Assembly (NCBI GenBank): GCA_027036735.1
Contig: JALWDU010000092.1
Location: forward strand, 6,788 to 70,787
DNA from: Aquificales bacterium
Lineage (GTDB): Bacteria; Aquificota; Aquificia; Aquificales; QOAS01
Length of the DNA: 64,000 nt
Direction of reading: 5' to 3'
A model generated the notes under the pieces. That model was not told the origin of the DNA, did not search any database, and saw nothing but the letters and a program-made list of their open reading frames with translations. A program made the translations under genes and the position numbers. Positions 11,970 to 21,900 of this stretch are shown in pieces (within the stretch, counting starts at the first letter, position 1; every line of letters begins with the position of its first letter).

Positions 11970-13496
11970 TTAAGGTTTAACCTCTATCTCCAAACCTTCG
12001 GGGGTGAGCCGGTAGATTATAAGTTTTCCACCCTTCGGGGGTTCTCCACTTTCCTCCCTCACGAGGACGGGAATTTCACCTTCCCCACAGAGGAGGTATG
12101 CGTCAACCTCTCCCCCGGAGGGTATCCTGTAACCCTCGCAACCCAACTGTTGGGAAACCACTTCCAAAATAGCCCTTTTGAGGTCACCCTCTAACCTCAC
12201 CTCCGTGGGGATACCGAGGCGGTTTAAGATTTCCGCACCTTTAGAGGGTTCTATATCGCTTCCCGTATACCTCCTATATTTGTTATAGGAGAGGTTTACC
12301 ACCCTAGGTGTGTAGGGTTTGGGATAGATGTCCCTTACTTGGGTAAGCTCTCCACCCGACAACCTTTGGATGAGTCTTATAGCCATTTCCTGCGCGTGGG
12401 GGATGTTTTCTATATCGACGTTCCTCTCGAAGCGGTAGGAGCTTTCGGTTCTTATGTCGAGACGCTTTGCCGTTTTCCTAACCCTAAAGGGGTCGAAATG
12501 GGCGGTCTCCAGGAGTATATTTTTCGTCCCTTCGGAAACGGCGCTCTCGCTTCCTCCGATTATTCCGGCAAGCGCCAAGACCTTCCTGTCATCGGCTATA
12601 ACGAGGTCTCCCCTCTCGAGGGTGTATTCCTTACCGTTTAAAGCCAAAAACTTCTCCCCGCCTTCGGCGGGCTTTACCCTTACCCTTCCCTCAATCTTGT
12701 CGAGGTCAAACGCGTGCATCGGGTTGCCTTCGGTAAAGAGGAGGTAGTTCGTTATATCGACCACGTTGTTTATAACCGCCTCGCCGAACTTCCAGAGGGC
12801 GACCTGAAGCCAGAGGGGGCTTTCCCCAACCTTCACATTCCTTATAACGGCACCCCTGTATCGGTTGCACCCCTCATCGAGGACTTCTATTTCAATTTCC
12901 TCCCCGAAGGGTTGGGTTATATCGATTTTCTCCCCCTTTAGGGGTCTTCCGTAGAGGGCGGAAACCTCCCGCGCCAGTCCTTTGACGCTTAAAAGGTCTC
13001 CCCTGTTGGGGGTTATATCGAGTTCGATAATAGGCTCTCCCAAATCCAAAAGGGTTTTAACGTCGGTTCCCGGTTCCACTTGGGGGTCGTGGAATTTAAA
13101 GACCCCCTCCGAGGGAACGCCGACGAGTTCCTCCAATCCCAAAAACATACCTTGGGAGGTGATACCCTTGAAATCCCTCTCCGCTATGTGGAAATCGCCT
13201 ATCCTTCCACCCGGGAGGACGAGGAAAACCTTATCCCCCTCGCGGACGGTTTTGTCGTTGGTGCATACCACCACCCTTTGGTCTCCGATATCGACTTCGC
13301 ACACCAAAAGTTTTTTTAGGGAGGGATGTTGCTCCGTTTTTAGGATTTTTCCCACAACGACCTTTTCCACATCGGGGTTTCCGAAGTAATCGAGCGTAGC
13401 CTCCACCGAGTGGGTGTTCAATTTTTCCACCAACTCCCGCGGGTCTATATCGGAAACGTCCACATAGCGGTCTAAAATGGAATAGGGAACGCGCAT
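11970..13496 (-). CDS. pheT: phenylalanine--tRNA ligase beta subunit, short form (508 aa)
   Basis: N-terminal B1 and tRNA-binding OB region (VVGKILKTEQHPSLKKLLVCEVDIGD), a B3/4 region and a B5-like region. The ORF ends about 270 aa earlier than the bacterial PheT proteins I know. Confidence 0.85.
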   Translation of the reverse strand: MRVPYSILDRYVDVSDIDPRELVEKLNTHSVEATLDYFGNPDVEKVVVGKILKTEQHPSLKKLLVCEVDIGDQRVVVCTNDKTVREGDKVFLVLPGGRIGDFHIAERDFKGITSQGMFLGLEELVGVPSEGVFKFHDPQVEPGTDVKTLLDLGEPIIELDITPNRGDLLSVKGLAREVSALYGRPLKGEKIDITQPFGEEIEIEVLDEGCNRYRGAVIRNVKVGESPLWLQVALWKFGEAVINNVVDITNYLLFTEGNPMHAFDLDKIEGRVRVKPAEGGEKFLALNGKEYTLERGDLVIADDRKVLALAGIIGGSESAVSEGTKNILLETAHFDPFRVRKTAKRLDIRTESSYRFERNVDIENIPHAQEMAIRLIQRLSGGELTQVRDIYPKPYTPRVVNLSYNKYRRYTGSDIEPSKGAEILNRLGIPTEVRLEGDLKRAILEVVSQQLGCEGYRIPSGGEVDAYLLCGEGEIPVLVREESGEPPKGGKLIIYRLTPEGLEIEVKP

Positions 13497-13531
13497 AGGT
13501 TTTAGTATTTTCCCCTTTAAAATTACCGCCT

Positions 13532-13945
13532 ATGGCTGTAATAGAAGACCTCGAAACGATAAGGGAGATTTTAAAGAATTCGAAGACAATAGCGGTGGTC
13601 GGTATCTCCCCCAAAAAGGAAAGGGCTTCCTACTACGTATCGGAGTGGGCTATAGAGAGGGGACTCCACAAAATATATTTCGTCAACCCCGTTTACGCCG
13701 GACAAGAGATTTTGGGAATAGAGGTTTTGCCGTCCCTTTCCGATATACCCGAGCCGGTCGATATCGTCGATGTATTCCGCCGTCCCGAAGCTCTTGAGGA
13801 GATAGTTCAGGAAGCCCTGAAGATAGGTGCCAAATACATCTGGCTCCAACCGGGAACCGAAAGCGAAGAGGTGATAGAGAAATACAAAGACAAAATAGAC
13901 TTTATAAAAACCGCCTGTCTCGGCGTGGTCGTTAAAACGATTTAA
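13532..13945 (+). CDS. CoA-binding domain protein (YccU-like)
   Basis: 137 aa; KTIAVVGISPKKERASYYV..IWLQPG pattern. Confidence 0.78.
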   Translation: MAVIEDLETIREILKNSKTIAVVGISPKKERASYYVSEWAIERGLHKIYFVNPVYAGQEILGIEVLPSLSDIPEPVDIVDVFRRPEALEEIVQEALKIGAKYIWLQPGTESEEVIEKYKDKIDFIKTACLGVVVKTI

Positions 13946-14505
13946 GAGGCTCTGCAGCCGGTTCTAATAACCCCGTAGTTTCCCGCTTTCTTTTTGTATA
14001 GAATTCTTAGCTCCCCGCTCGCGAGGTCTACAAAGGGTAGGAAATGGAGACCCTTTTCCTCCAGCTCCAAAATGGCATCTTCGACATCCATAGGTTTGTC
14101 TATTACCAACTCCTCAATTTCCACCTTCGGTCTCTTGACCCTTTCGGGAGGTAGGTCGGGCACCGACTTTAGGAGCATTTTCTCTCTTTTTGCCTCCCTC
14201 CGCTCGGCTTTTACCTTTTCTTTATCCTTTACGAGGACTTTTTCCAATTCGTCAATAACCTTGTCTATTGCCGTGTAGAGGTCGGGGTCGGCATCCCAAA
14301 CGTGGAGTTTCTCACCCCTTTGACCCACAAAGAGGTCAACCTCTATGCGGTATTCCGCCCTTTCCCTCTTTAGGGCGATGTGAACCTCTATTTCGTCCGG
14401 TTTTAGACCCTTAAAGAGACGCTCCAAACGGTGGAATTTTTTTTGGATGTAACCTCTAATGGCGTCGGTAATTTCGACATCCTGACCGACAAAGTTGAAC
14501 TTCAT
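13942..14505 (-). CDS. hpf: ribosome hibernation promoting factor (long form)
   Basis: The MKFNFVGQDVEITDAIRGYIQKKFHRLERLF N-domain plus a C-terminal extension. Confidence 0.85.
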   Translation of the reverse strand: MKFNFVGQDVEITDAIRGYIQKKFHRLERLFKGLKPDEIEVHIALKRERAEYRIEVDLFVGQRGEKLHVWDADPDLYTAIDKVIDELEKVLVKDKEKVKAERREAKREKMLLKSVPDLPPERVKRPKVEIEELVIDKPMDVEDAILELEEKGLHFLPFVDLASGELRILYKKKAGNYGVIRTGCRAS

Positions 14506-14596
14506 AGAGCCGCACCCCCTTAGGGTTGATAACCCTAATAAGGAAATTAGGCGGTAAAAGGGGGGAAGGCAAAGCTATTTTGGGAAGGAACAAAAG

Positions 14597-14611
14597 CCCG
14601 CCTTCGGCGGG
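14597..14611 (-). terminator. intrinsic terminator downstream of sucD
   Basis: On the minus strand, CCCGCC-GAA-GGCGGG is followed by CTTTTGTT. It sits 10 nt after the sucD stop. Confidence 0.6.
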
Positions 14612-14620
14612 AAGAATTTA

Positions 14621-15541
14621 TTAATCCCACTCCGCCATTATTTCGGGGTTGGAAAGGTATTCCCTAATGGTTTTTCCTATGAGGGCGGGGTTTTCTATAA
14701 CGACGACACCCGCTTCGCGGAGCGCTTCCATTTTGGACTTGGCGTCACCCTTACCACCGGTGATTATCGCGCCGGCGTGTCCCATACGTTTGCCGGGGGG
14801 AGCGGTTATACCGGCGATATAGGCGAAAACCGGTTTGCTCACGTGCTCCTTGATGTATTCGGCGGCTTCCTCCTCCATAGTTCCGCCAATCTCACCGATT
14901 AGGAGAATTGCGTCGGTTTCGGGGTCTTCTTGGAACATCTTGACTACATCCTTGTGGGTTAGCCCGGGAATGGGGTCTCCACCTATACCGACGGCGGTCG
15001 ATTGCCCGAGTCCTTCGCGGGTTATTTGATAAGCCGCCTCGTAGGTGAGGGTTCCCGAACGGGAGACTATACCGATATTACCCGGCTTGAAGATGTGACC
15101 GGGCATTATACCCACCTTAGCCTGTCCGGGGGTTATTACACCGGGGCAGTTGGGACCGACGAGGATAACGTCGGGATGCTCCTTCTTGAGGTAATCCTTC
15201 ACATACATCATATCCCTTACGGGGATACCCTCGGTTATACAGACTATGGTCTTTATACCGGCATCGGCGGCTTCGACTATCGCGTCGGCGGCGAAGGGGG
15301 GCGGAACGAATATCAAAGAGGTGTTTGCACCGGCTTCCTTAACCGCTTCCTCGACGGTGTTGAATACGGGAACTTGGTATTTGCCCTCGTCGTCGGTCCA
15401 GGTTTGACCGCCCTTACCGGGGGTAACGCCCGCTACTATTTTGGTGCCGTATTCGAGACACTGCTTTGCGTGGAAGGAACCCTCTTTACCGGTGATACCC
15501 TGAACCACCACCTTGGTGTTTTTGTCAACTATTATTGCCAT
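14621..15541 (-). CDS. sucD: succinyl-CoA synthetase alpha subunit (or a citryl-CoA-synthetase-type paralogue)
   Basis: [23 protein letters not shown] and MGHAGAII (active-site His) motifs. Confidence 0.92.
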   Translation of the reverse strand: MAIIVDKNTKVVVQGITGKEGSFHAKQCLEYGTKIVAGVTPGKGGQTWTDDEGKYQVPVFNTVEEAVKEAGANTSLIFVPPPFAADAIVEAADAGIKTIVCITEGIPVRDMMYVKDYLKKEHPDVILVGPNCPGVITPGQAKVGIMPGHIFKPGNIGIVSRSGTLTYEAAYQITREGLGQSTAVGIGGDPIPGLTHKDVVKMFQEDPETDAILLIGEIGGTMEEEAAEYIKEHVSKPVFAYIAGITAPPGKRMGHAGAIITGGKGDAKSKMEALREAGVVVIENPALIGKTIREYLSNPEIMAEWD

Positions 15542-15543
15542 TT

Positions 15544-16080
15544 TTACACCTCCAAAATTTTGTCAAAATTGAGGGTAAATTCGCACCCTTCGAGGTCGAA
15601 AGAAAAATTCCCACCCGAAAGGTCTACCAACTTTTTGTAAACCCCTTCGGGGGAGAGTTTGAAAATCTTCACCTTCCTGAGGTGGGGGTAAACGAGAACG
15701 TAAAGGGGAACGCCCTCCCTCTCATAAATCCCCTTTTTGGTTATCTCGTCCATCTTTGCCGTCGAGGGGGAAACTATTTCAAAGACCACCTTGGGGGTTA
15801 CGGTTACCTTTTCCCCTTTGTTGTCGCAAACCACCGCAACATCGGGGCGTAAAACCGTATATTCGTCCACTATGTAGTCGGTATCGGGAAGCACCTCGCA
15901 GTTTCGACAGTTTTCCAGAGCCTCGTCTATATACCTCACCAACTTAGCCAAAACTCTCCGATGTTTCACCGAAGGGGAGGCTAGCGCGAAGGGTATCCCC
16001 TCGACCAATTCCCAATCCCCTTTCCAATTTCTGTAATCCTCGTAGGTGTATCGGGGAAGGAGTTCCTTGGGAAGGCTCAT
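15544..16080 (-). CDS. Uma2-family (DUF820) PD-(D/E)xK endonuclease
   Basis: [70 protein letters not shown] matches the Uma2 pattern. Confidence 0.85.
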   Translation of the reverse strand: MSLPKELLPRYTYEDYRNWKGDWELVEGIPFALASPSVKHRRVLAKLVRYIDEALENCRNCEVLPDTDYIVDEYTVLRPDVAVVCDNKGEKVTVTPKVVFEIVSPSTAKMDEITKKGIYEREGVPLYVLVYPHLRKVKIFKLSPEGVYKKLVDLSGGNFSFDLEGCEFTLNFDKILEV

Positions 16081-16676
16081 CCGTTTTCCCCCACCAGCAC
16101 AAGCGGCTTTTTCTCACCTATAGCCCTCTCCGTCCAGCGGAGTAGTCTATCCAAAATCTCAAACTCTATGTGCCACGGAATGTCCTCGTTAAACTCCCCT
16201 TCGGGGCGCTTTCCCAATTTCTCCCTTATCTCCTCGAGCTCTTCCTTTAGCTTGTAAAGACTTCCCACGGAACAGATTTCAATACCCTTTCCCTCGTGCT
16301 CGAAGTGGAGGGGTTCGTCCAAACCTTTGACCGGCAGATAGACCCCTACCGTTTCGGAGAAGAAGATAAGGGAGGCGAAGGAGTAGCCCTTTTCGTAGGT
16401 GTCTATGTAGGTTATAAGCTCGTCGTCCTCTATCTGTGCCGAGGTATCCTCGGCTAGGGAGCGCTCGGGCGGAGTTCCCCTAAGGTGGAGGTGCGCCGCA
16501 ACCCTCTTCAAAGCGTAGAGATATTCGTCGGGGAATTCGTCCAGCAGTTCCTTATCCCCGTAATCGAAGACTATTTCGGGCTTCTCGCCCGTCTCCTTCT
16601 CTATCGCAAGCTCTATGTCGGGGAGCAGGTATTCGCAAAGCTCGAGAAATGCCCCCCAACCGAGGTATACCTTCAT
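16077..16676 (-). CDS. hypothetical protein (199 aa) coupled to the Uma2 gene
   Basis: ATG with GAGGGAG upstream, and an ATGA overlap with the Uma2 start. I recognise no motif. Confidence 0.6.
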   Translation of the reverse strand: MKVYLGWGAFLELCEYLLPDIELAIEKETGEKPEIVFDYGDKELLDEFPDEYLYALKRVAAHLHLRGTPPERSLAEDTSAQIEDDELITYIDTYEKGYSFASLIFFSETVGVYLPVKGLDEPLHFEHEGKGIEICSVGSLYKLKEELEEIREKLGKRPEGEFNEDIPWHIEFEILDRLLRWTERAIGEKKPLVLVGENG

Positions 16677-16687
16677 CGGTTACTCCC

Positions 16688-17857
16688 TCAGTTGCAGGAT
16701 TGCTCCGCCTCTTTGGCGAGCTCCACAGCCTTTTGTGCGCCTTCCCACATATCCTTGACGGGGATGATATTTAGACCGCTCTCGAGCAGCAGTTTCCTAC
16801 CCTCTTCGGCGTTGGTTCCCTCGAGCCTTGCCACTATGGGAACCCTTATCTCCACCATTTTGGAAGCCTCGATGATACCTTTGGCGAGCCTGTCGACCCT
16901 CAAAATTCCGCCGAAGATGTTTATAAAGACCACCTTAACGTCGGGGTCGCCCATAAGTATCCTGAAGGCGTTTGCGATTTGCTCCACATTGGCACCGCCA
17001 CCTACATCGAGGAAGTTTGCGGGTTCTCCGCCGGCGAGTTTCACTATATCCATGGTGGTCATAGCCAGACCGGCGCCGTTAACCATACAGCCGATGTTTC
17101 CGTTCAGTTTGACATAGTTGAGGTTGTACTTCTTAGCTTCCCTCTCTTGGGGGGGGAGTTGCTCCTCGTCCTCCAGCTCCGCCAGGTCGGGGTGTCTGAA
17201 GAGCGCGTTGTCGTCTATATCCATTTTTGCGTCGAGGGCTACGACCTTACCCTCTTTGGTCACCACCAAGGGGTTTATTTCCACTAAGGAGGCGTCGAGG
17301 TCTTTGTAAATCTCCCACATTTTGAGGAAAATCTTTGCGGCTTCCTTTACGGGGAGACCGAGTTTAAAAGCCATTTTGCGGGCTTGGAAGGGCATAAGTC
17401 CCAATTCGGGGTCTATCGTTTCGATAATTATCGCGTCGGGGTTTTCCTTAACTATCTCCTCTATCTCCATACCGCCGGCGGCGGAAGCCATCAAAACCGG
17501 TTTAGATTTGCTCCTGTCGAGGGTTATGGCGGCGTAATACTCCTTATCGATATTGGTAGCTTTCTCTATGAGAACGCGGGTAACCGGCTTTCCGTCGGGG
17601 CATTGGAAGGTTTTCAAGGTCTTTCCGAGCAGGGAGCTAACCGCCTCCTCCAGCTCGTCCATGTTTTTGACGATTTTCACACCGCCCGCCTTACCCCTTC
17701 CGCCGCAGTGAACCTGAGCCTTTACGACGAGGGGAAATTCGCCGAGCTCCTCCGCAATCTCCTTAGCCTGTTCGAGGGTGAAGGCGGCTTTTCCTTCGGG
17801 AACGGGTATGCCGTATTTAGCAAATATCTCCTTAGCCTGGTGCTCGTGAAGCTTCAT
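16688..17857 (-). CDS. sucC: succinyl-CoA synthetase beta subunit
   Basis: [41 protein letters not shown]-grasp pattern. Confidence 0.92.
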   Translation of the reverse strand: MKLHEHQAKEIFAKYGIPVPEGKAAFTLEQAKEIAEELGEFPLVVKAQVHCGGRGKAGGVKIVKNMDELEEAVSSLLGKTLKTFQCPDGKPVTRVLIEKATNIDKEYYAAITLDRSKSKPVLMASAAGGMEIEEIVKENPDAIIIETIDPELGLMPFQARKMAFKLGLPVKEAAKIFLKMWEIYKDLDASLVEINPLVVTKEGKVVALDAKMDIDDNALFRHPDLAELEDEEQLPPQEREAKKYNLNYVKLNGNIGCMVNGAGLAMTTMDIVKLAGGEPANFLDVGGGANVEQIANAFRILMGDPDVKVVFINIFGGILRVDRLAKGIIEASKMVEIRVPIVARLEGTNAEEGRKLLLESGLNIIPVKDMWEGAQKAVELAKEAEQSCN

Positions 17858-17942
17858 ACGCCTACCTCCGTAGAACTTTTTTAAGAAAATGTTAACATCT
17901 CCTTTGACATCAACCGTTGGAAGGAAAAAAACGAAAGAATTG

Positions 17943-18683
17943 TTAAAACCGCTTGAGATAAAACTCCCTAAGGAGTTTATTTATCAATTCCAACCCCTTC
18001 AGGTGTTCCTCCCTAAATCTGTAATCCAAATTTTGGAGATATTCTTTCAAATCCTTCGGGAGGTCTAAATTGTTCAAATCCCTAAAGAAGGAATCGCGCG
18101 AGTTCATCAACTCCACCGAGAGTTTCGCAAATAGGTCGGGGTTTTCAACAGCCCAACGGCGCGGCACCACAAAGAGGGCGAAAATCGCCGGTAAACCGGT
18201 ATACTCAAACCACAGCTCCCCTATGTCGTATCTGTAAGAAAATTCCCGCGGAGCGGGGTTTTTCAACGCCTTATCCCCTATCACCAAAAGGGCGTCGCCC
18301 CCTTCGGGGGTAAATTCCACCTTTTTACCCATAAATTTCCTAAAGAGCGCGTAGGTTAGAAAGTTGGTTGTGAGGCTCTCCCCGCTGGGGATTATTCTCT
18401 CTATACCCTTCAAAGGTTTCTTGGAGAGGAGTATTACCGAATTCGCCCTCCCAAAGGAGGAAATGGAGATATCGGGAACGAGGAGAAAGCGGCTTTGATT
18501 TTGGAGGTAGTAAACGCTCGAGAGGATACCCCCGTCGGCTATGCCGGTGTCGAGCATGCGCGCCAACTCGGAGGGCGTTCCCTCAACAACCTCCACAAAG
18601 GGAAGGGAAAATTTGTAAAACAGCGGAAGGGTGTTTCTGTAGGAAACCCTCCCGAGGCGGAGCTTCTTATCAACTTTCCCCAC
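17943..18683 (-). CDS. mqnA: menaquinone (futalosine pathway) MqnA/MqnD-family protein
   Basis: [17 protein letters not shown]-terminus and overall size fit the MqnA/VitK2_biosynth family. GTG start. The subfamily call is tentative. Confidence 0.65.
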   Translation of the reverse strand: MGKVDKKLRLGRVSYRNTLPLFYKFSLPFVEVVEGTPSELARMLDTGIADGGILSSVYYLQNQSRFLLVPDISISSFGRANSVILLSKKPLKGIERIIPSGESLTTNFLTYALFRKFMGKKVEFTPEGGDALLVIGDKALKNPAPREFSYRYDIGELWFEYTGLPAIFALFVVPRRWAVENPDLFAKLSVELMNSRDSFFRDLNNLDLPKDLKEYLQNLDYRFREEHLKGLELINKLLREFYLKRF

Positions 18684-18735
18684 GAGGGGTTTTTATTATC
18701 GCCCCTCCGCGGGGAGAAATTTAGGAGGGGAAACA

Positions 18736-20913
18736 TTAAGAGGATTCACCCGCCCTCTCCTCCTCCGCGAGGACGAAATCCACCTCCATCCTCTCCTCGT
18801 CAGCCCTTACGAGTTTAACCTTTACGGGGTCGCCGAGGCGGTAGCGCTTTCCGGTCTTTACGCCGACCAGCTGGTGGTTGGGTTCGTCGAAGATGTATTC
18901 GTCGTCCCTTAGCGTCTCTATGGGAACCAACCCGTCGATTATGAAGTCCTTAAGCTCGACGAAGAACCCGTAAGGGTGGACGCCGGTAATAATCCCCTCG
19001 AAGGTATCCCCGATGTAGGATTTGAGCATTCTAATTTTGAGCCTTTCGACCGCCTCCTCCTCAACCTCGTCGGCTAGGCGTTCCTGAGAGGAGCAATACT
19101 CTCCCGCATAGGTCAGATACTCCTCCCAATACTTATAGTCGGGAATTTCACCCTTAAGCGCCATCTTGGTCAGGCGGTGGACGATGAGGTCGGGATAGCG
19201 CCTAATGGGTGATGTGAAGTGGAGGTAGTGGTCGGAAGCCAAACCGAAGTGTCCTATATTGACCGGGCTGTAAAAAGCCCTCTTCATACTCCGAAGGGTC
19301 AGGTAGCGCACCAGCATCTCCTCCGGTTTGCCCTCGAAGTATTCAAGTATCTGCTGGAAGAATTTGGGGTGGTAGGGGGGCTTTACCTTTTTAACCTGAT
19401 AACCCAAGCCCTGGAGGAGTTCCAAGAGCTGCTGCACCTTTTTGGGGTCGGGTTCCTCGTGAACCCTGTAAAGGCAGGGATAACCGATATTCTGCATATG
19501 CATGGCGACCGTCTCGTTCGCCGCTATCATAAACTCCTCGATGAGCTTGTGGGCGAAGTGCCTTTCGTAGGGGACTACCGCCGTAGGCTCTCCATATTCA
19601 TCGACGATAACCTCCACCTCCGGCAGGTCGAAATCTATAGAACCCCTATCCCAACGTTTCTTGTTGAGAATGCGGGCGAGTTCCGCCATGGCGCGGAGCG
19701 GTTCGACGACGTGGGGGTATTTTTTCTCCAAACCGGGGTCGCCGATTATAAGCCTAAGCGCCTGGTCGTAGGTGAGGCGCGCCTTACTCCTTATCACACT
19801 CTCGTATATGTCGTAGTCCAAAAGGTTGCCCTCGCGGTCGAAGTGCATCTCCACCGTAAAGGCGAGCTTGTCCTCGTCGGGACGGAGAGAGCAAACCCTC
19901 GCCGACAGCTTTTCGGGGAGCATGTGGAGAGCCCTATCGGGTAGGTAGAAGGTGAAACTCCGCCTGAACGCTTCCTCGTCGAGCTTGGTACCCGGTTTGA
20001 CGTAGTGGGAAACGTCGGCTATGTGAACCCAGAGGCGATAGCCTTTGTCGGTTCGCTCTATGGCGACCGCATCGTCGAAATCTCTCGCCCTTTCGGGGTC
20101 TATGGTGAAACATATTTGCTCCCTTAAATCCCTCCTCCTCTCTATCTCCTCTTTTGGAATTTCGTCGGGTATCTGTTCGACCTCTTTTTTAACCTCTTCG
20201 GGGTAATCGGTGGGGAGCTTGTATTTCCTTATGACTATATCCACAATTAGGGAGCGCTCGTCGGGGTGTCCCAGCACCTCCTTAACCTTTACCCTCCCCG
20301 GGGAGGATTTGGTCGGATAGCGGGTTATCTCGCAGTCAACCACCGTTCCCGGTCTAAGCTCCTTGCAGACCTTTTGGGGGAGCAAAAAGCGCAGGTGCTG
20401 ATTGCTATCTATCGGTATCAGGGTGCAACCCTTTTTGGTAATTTCTACCCGCCCCAAGACATATTTGGTTGCCCTCTTTAGGACGCGGATTATCTTAGCC
20501 TCCGGTCTGCCCTTATAGACTTTCGGCTCCGCCAAGACCTTATCCCCGTGGAGGAGATACTGCATTTCGATGGGGGGGATATAGAGGTCTTTTTCGAGCT
20601 CCTCCGACTGCAGAAAACCGAAACCGGCGGGATAGGCTATTACGGTTCCGACAATACGCTTCTTCTCCTCCTTTTTCTTCTCCTCTTTGGAGGGACATAT
20701 GTAGCGCCCCTTCCTAACGGCAACCTTGCCGGCTTTCAGAAGTTTTTTGAGCTCCTTCTTTAGGGCTTTTTTCTCCTTTTTCGTCAAACCGAAATGTTTT
20801 GCTATCTCCGTAAATGAGGGCGGTTTTTTCGCGTTACATATATACTTCAGGAGTTCCTTCTCCGAAGGGACTCTTTTTCCATCTTCCATAGTGTTTATTG
20901 AAATTAATCCCAA
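18736..20913 (-). CDS. rnr: ribonuclease R
   Basis: RNB core (CFTIDPERARDFDDAV..HFGLASDHYLHFTSPIRRYPDLIVHR) plus a C-terminal S1 domain. The track start at 20913 is TTG; an ATG at 20889 is likelier. Confidence 0.92.
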   Translation of the reverse strand: MGLISINTMEDGKRVPSEKELLKYICNAKKPPSFTEIAKHFGLTKKEKKALKKELKKLLKAGKVAVRKGRYICPSKEEKKKEEKKRIVGTVIAYPAGFGFLQSEELEKDLYIPPIEMQYLLHGDKVLAEPKVYKGRPEAKIIRVLKRATKYVLGRVEITKKGCTLIPIDSNQHLRFLLPQKVCKELRPGTVVDCEITRYPTKSSPGRVKVKEVLGHPDERSLIVDIVIRKYKLPTDYPEEVKKEVEQIPDEIPKEEIERRRDLREQICFTIDPERARDFDDAVAIERTDKGYRLWVHIADVSHYVKPGTKLDEEAFRRSFTFYLPDRALHMLPEKLSARVCSLRPDEDKLAFTVEMHFDREGNLLDYDIYESVIRSKARLTYDQALRLIIGDPGLEKKYPHVVEPLRAMAELARILNKKRWDRGSIDFDLPEVEVIVDEYGEPTAVVPYERHFAHKLIEEFMIAANETVAMHMQNIGYPCLYRVHEEPDPKKVQQLLELLQGLGYQVKKVKPPYHPKFFQQILEYFEGKPEEMLVRYLTLRSMKRAFYSPVNIGHFGLASDHYLHFTSPIRRYPDLIVHRLTKMALKGEIPDYKYWEEYLTYAGEYCSSQERLADEVEEEAVERLKIRMLKSYIGDTFEGIITGVHPYGFFVELKDFIIDGLVPIETLRDDEYIFDEPNHQLVGVKTGKRYRLGDPVKVKLVRADEERMEVDFVLAEEERAGESS

Positions 20914-21001
20914 ACCGTTGGCATCACAAAAAAATCTTTACCTTTTATGGTTTTTAGCACCCACCTACCCTTTGCGGGAAACGCTAAGATTTAAACCCAT
21001 A

Positions 21002-21577
21002 ATGAGGAAGCTATCCAAAAAGGTGATAAAGGAGGCGGCTATCGAACTCATCAAGGAAAAAGGTCTTAAGGAATTCACCGCCCGAAACTTGGGCAATAAA
21101 TTGGGGGTGACCGACGCCGCGATTTTCAAATACTTTCCCACTTTGAGGAACCTCTTCGAGGAACTTCTGCTCGACTTTATCGCCGAGTGCAAACAATCCT
21201 TTAGCTCCATAGTCCACAGCGACCTTTCGGCGGAGGAAAAGCTCAAAAAACTTTTGGAGGCTTACGAAACCAAATTCCTCGAAACCAACGGCGCGATGCC
21301 CCTACTCTGCTTCGAAATACCCCGGATGAACGATGTCGGATTGAGGGAACTCATTAAGGAGTATTGGGATTTCTACCTCGAAAAGGTAGGGGAAATTATC
21401 GACCAGGGCAAGAGGGAGGGAAGCTTTAGGGAGGACGTAGACCCCAAAACGGTGGGGCTGATGATAACCGGTTATTACATCTCAAAGGCGCTCCGAAACC
21501 TCGTAACCGGCGAGCCGATAGAGGAGGGCTTCTCCCGAAAAATCGGCGACATAATCCTAAAAGGGATAAAGAAATAG
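21002..21577 (+). CDS. TetR-family transcriptional regulator
   Basis: HTH region IKEAAIELIKEKGLKEFTARNLGNKLGVTDAAIFKYFPT. The start is taken at internal Met 93 of track ORF 20726-21577. Confidence 0.8.
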   Translation: MRKLSKKVIKEAAIELIKEKGLKEFTARNLGNKLGVTDAAIFKYFPTLRNLFEELLLDFIAECKQSFSSIVHSDLSAEEKLKKLLEAYETKFLETNGAMPLLCFEIPRMNDVGLRELIKEYWDFYLEKVGEIIDQGKREGSFREDVDPKTVGLMITGYYISKALRNLVTGEPIEEGFSRKIGDIILKGIKK

Positions 21578-21865
21578 TCACCTCCTCCACTCGAGGCGGT
21601 ATTTACCCCTTGGATAAAACCTGTATAGGTTCCCCTCCTTTACCACTATCCCCCTGTCGGTTTCGACGAACAGAACCTCCTCGTCGAGGAGCTCGTAACA
21701 CAAGTCCCTTTCGAGGGTCTCCCCCTCACCCTCCCCCACAAAGCGGGGAACGCAAATTTTGACCTTCCCTTCGGGGGTGTAGAGCCAACTGCCACCTTTA
21801 CACGCCGAGAGGACTTTCCCATACCTCTCACCCAAAAGGGTCTGAAGGTAGTCGAGAACACCCAT
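21578..21865 (-). CDS. hypothetical protein (95 aa)
   Basis: ORF only, with no recognisable motif. Confidence 0.35.
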   Translation of the reverse strand: MGVLDYLQTLLGERYGKVLSACKGGSWLYTPEGKVKICVPRFVGEGEGETLERDLCYELLDEEVLFVETDRGIVVKEGNLYRFYPRGKYRLEWRR

Positions 21866-21900
21866 AGGGGGAAAATTTTTTCCATACCCTATAGAGGTTT

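Noticed and set aside
20726-21001. N-terminal 92 codons of track ORF 20726-21577
   Set aside because: This part is antisense to the rnr 5' end and is Phe/Ser-rich nonsense. The TetR-like sequence starts at Met 93 (21002).
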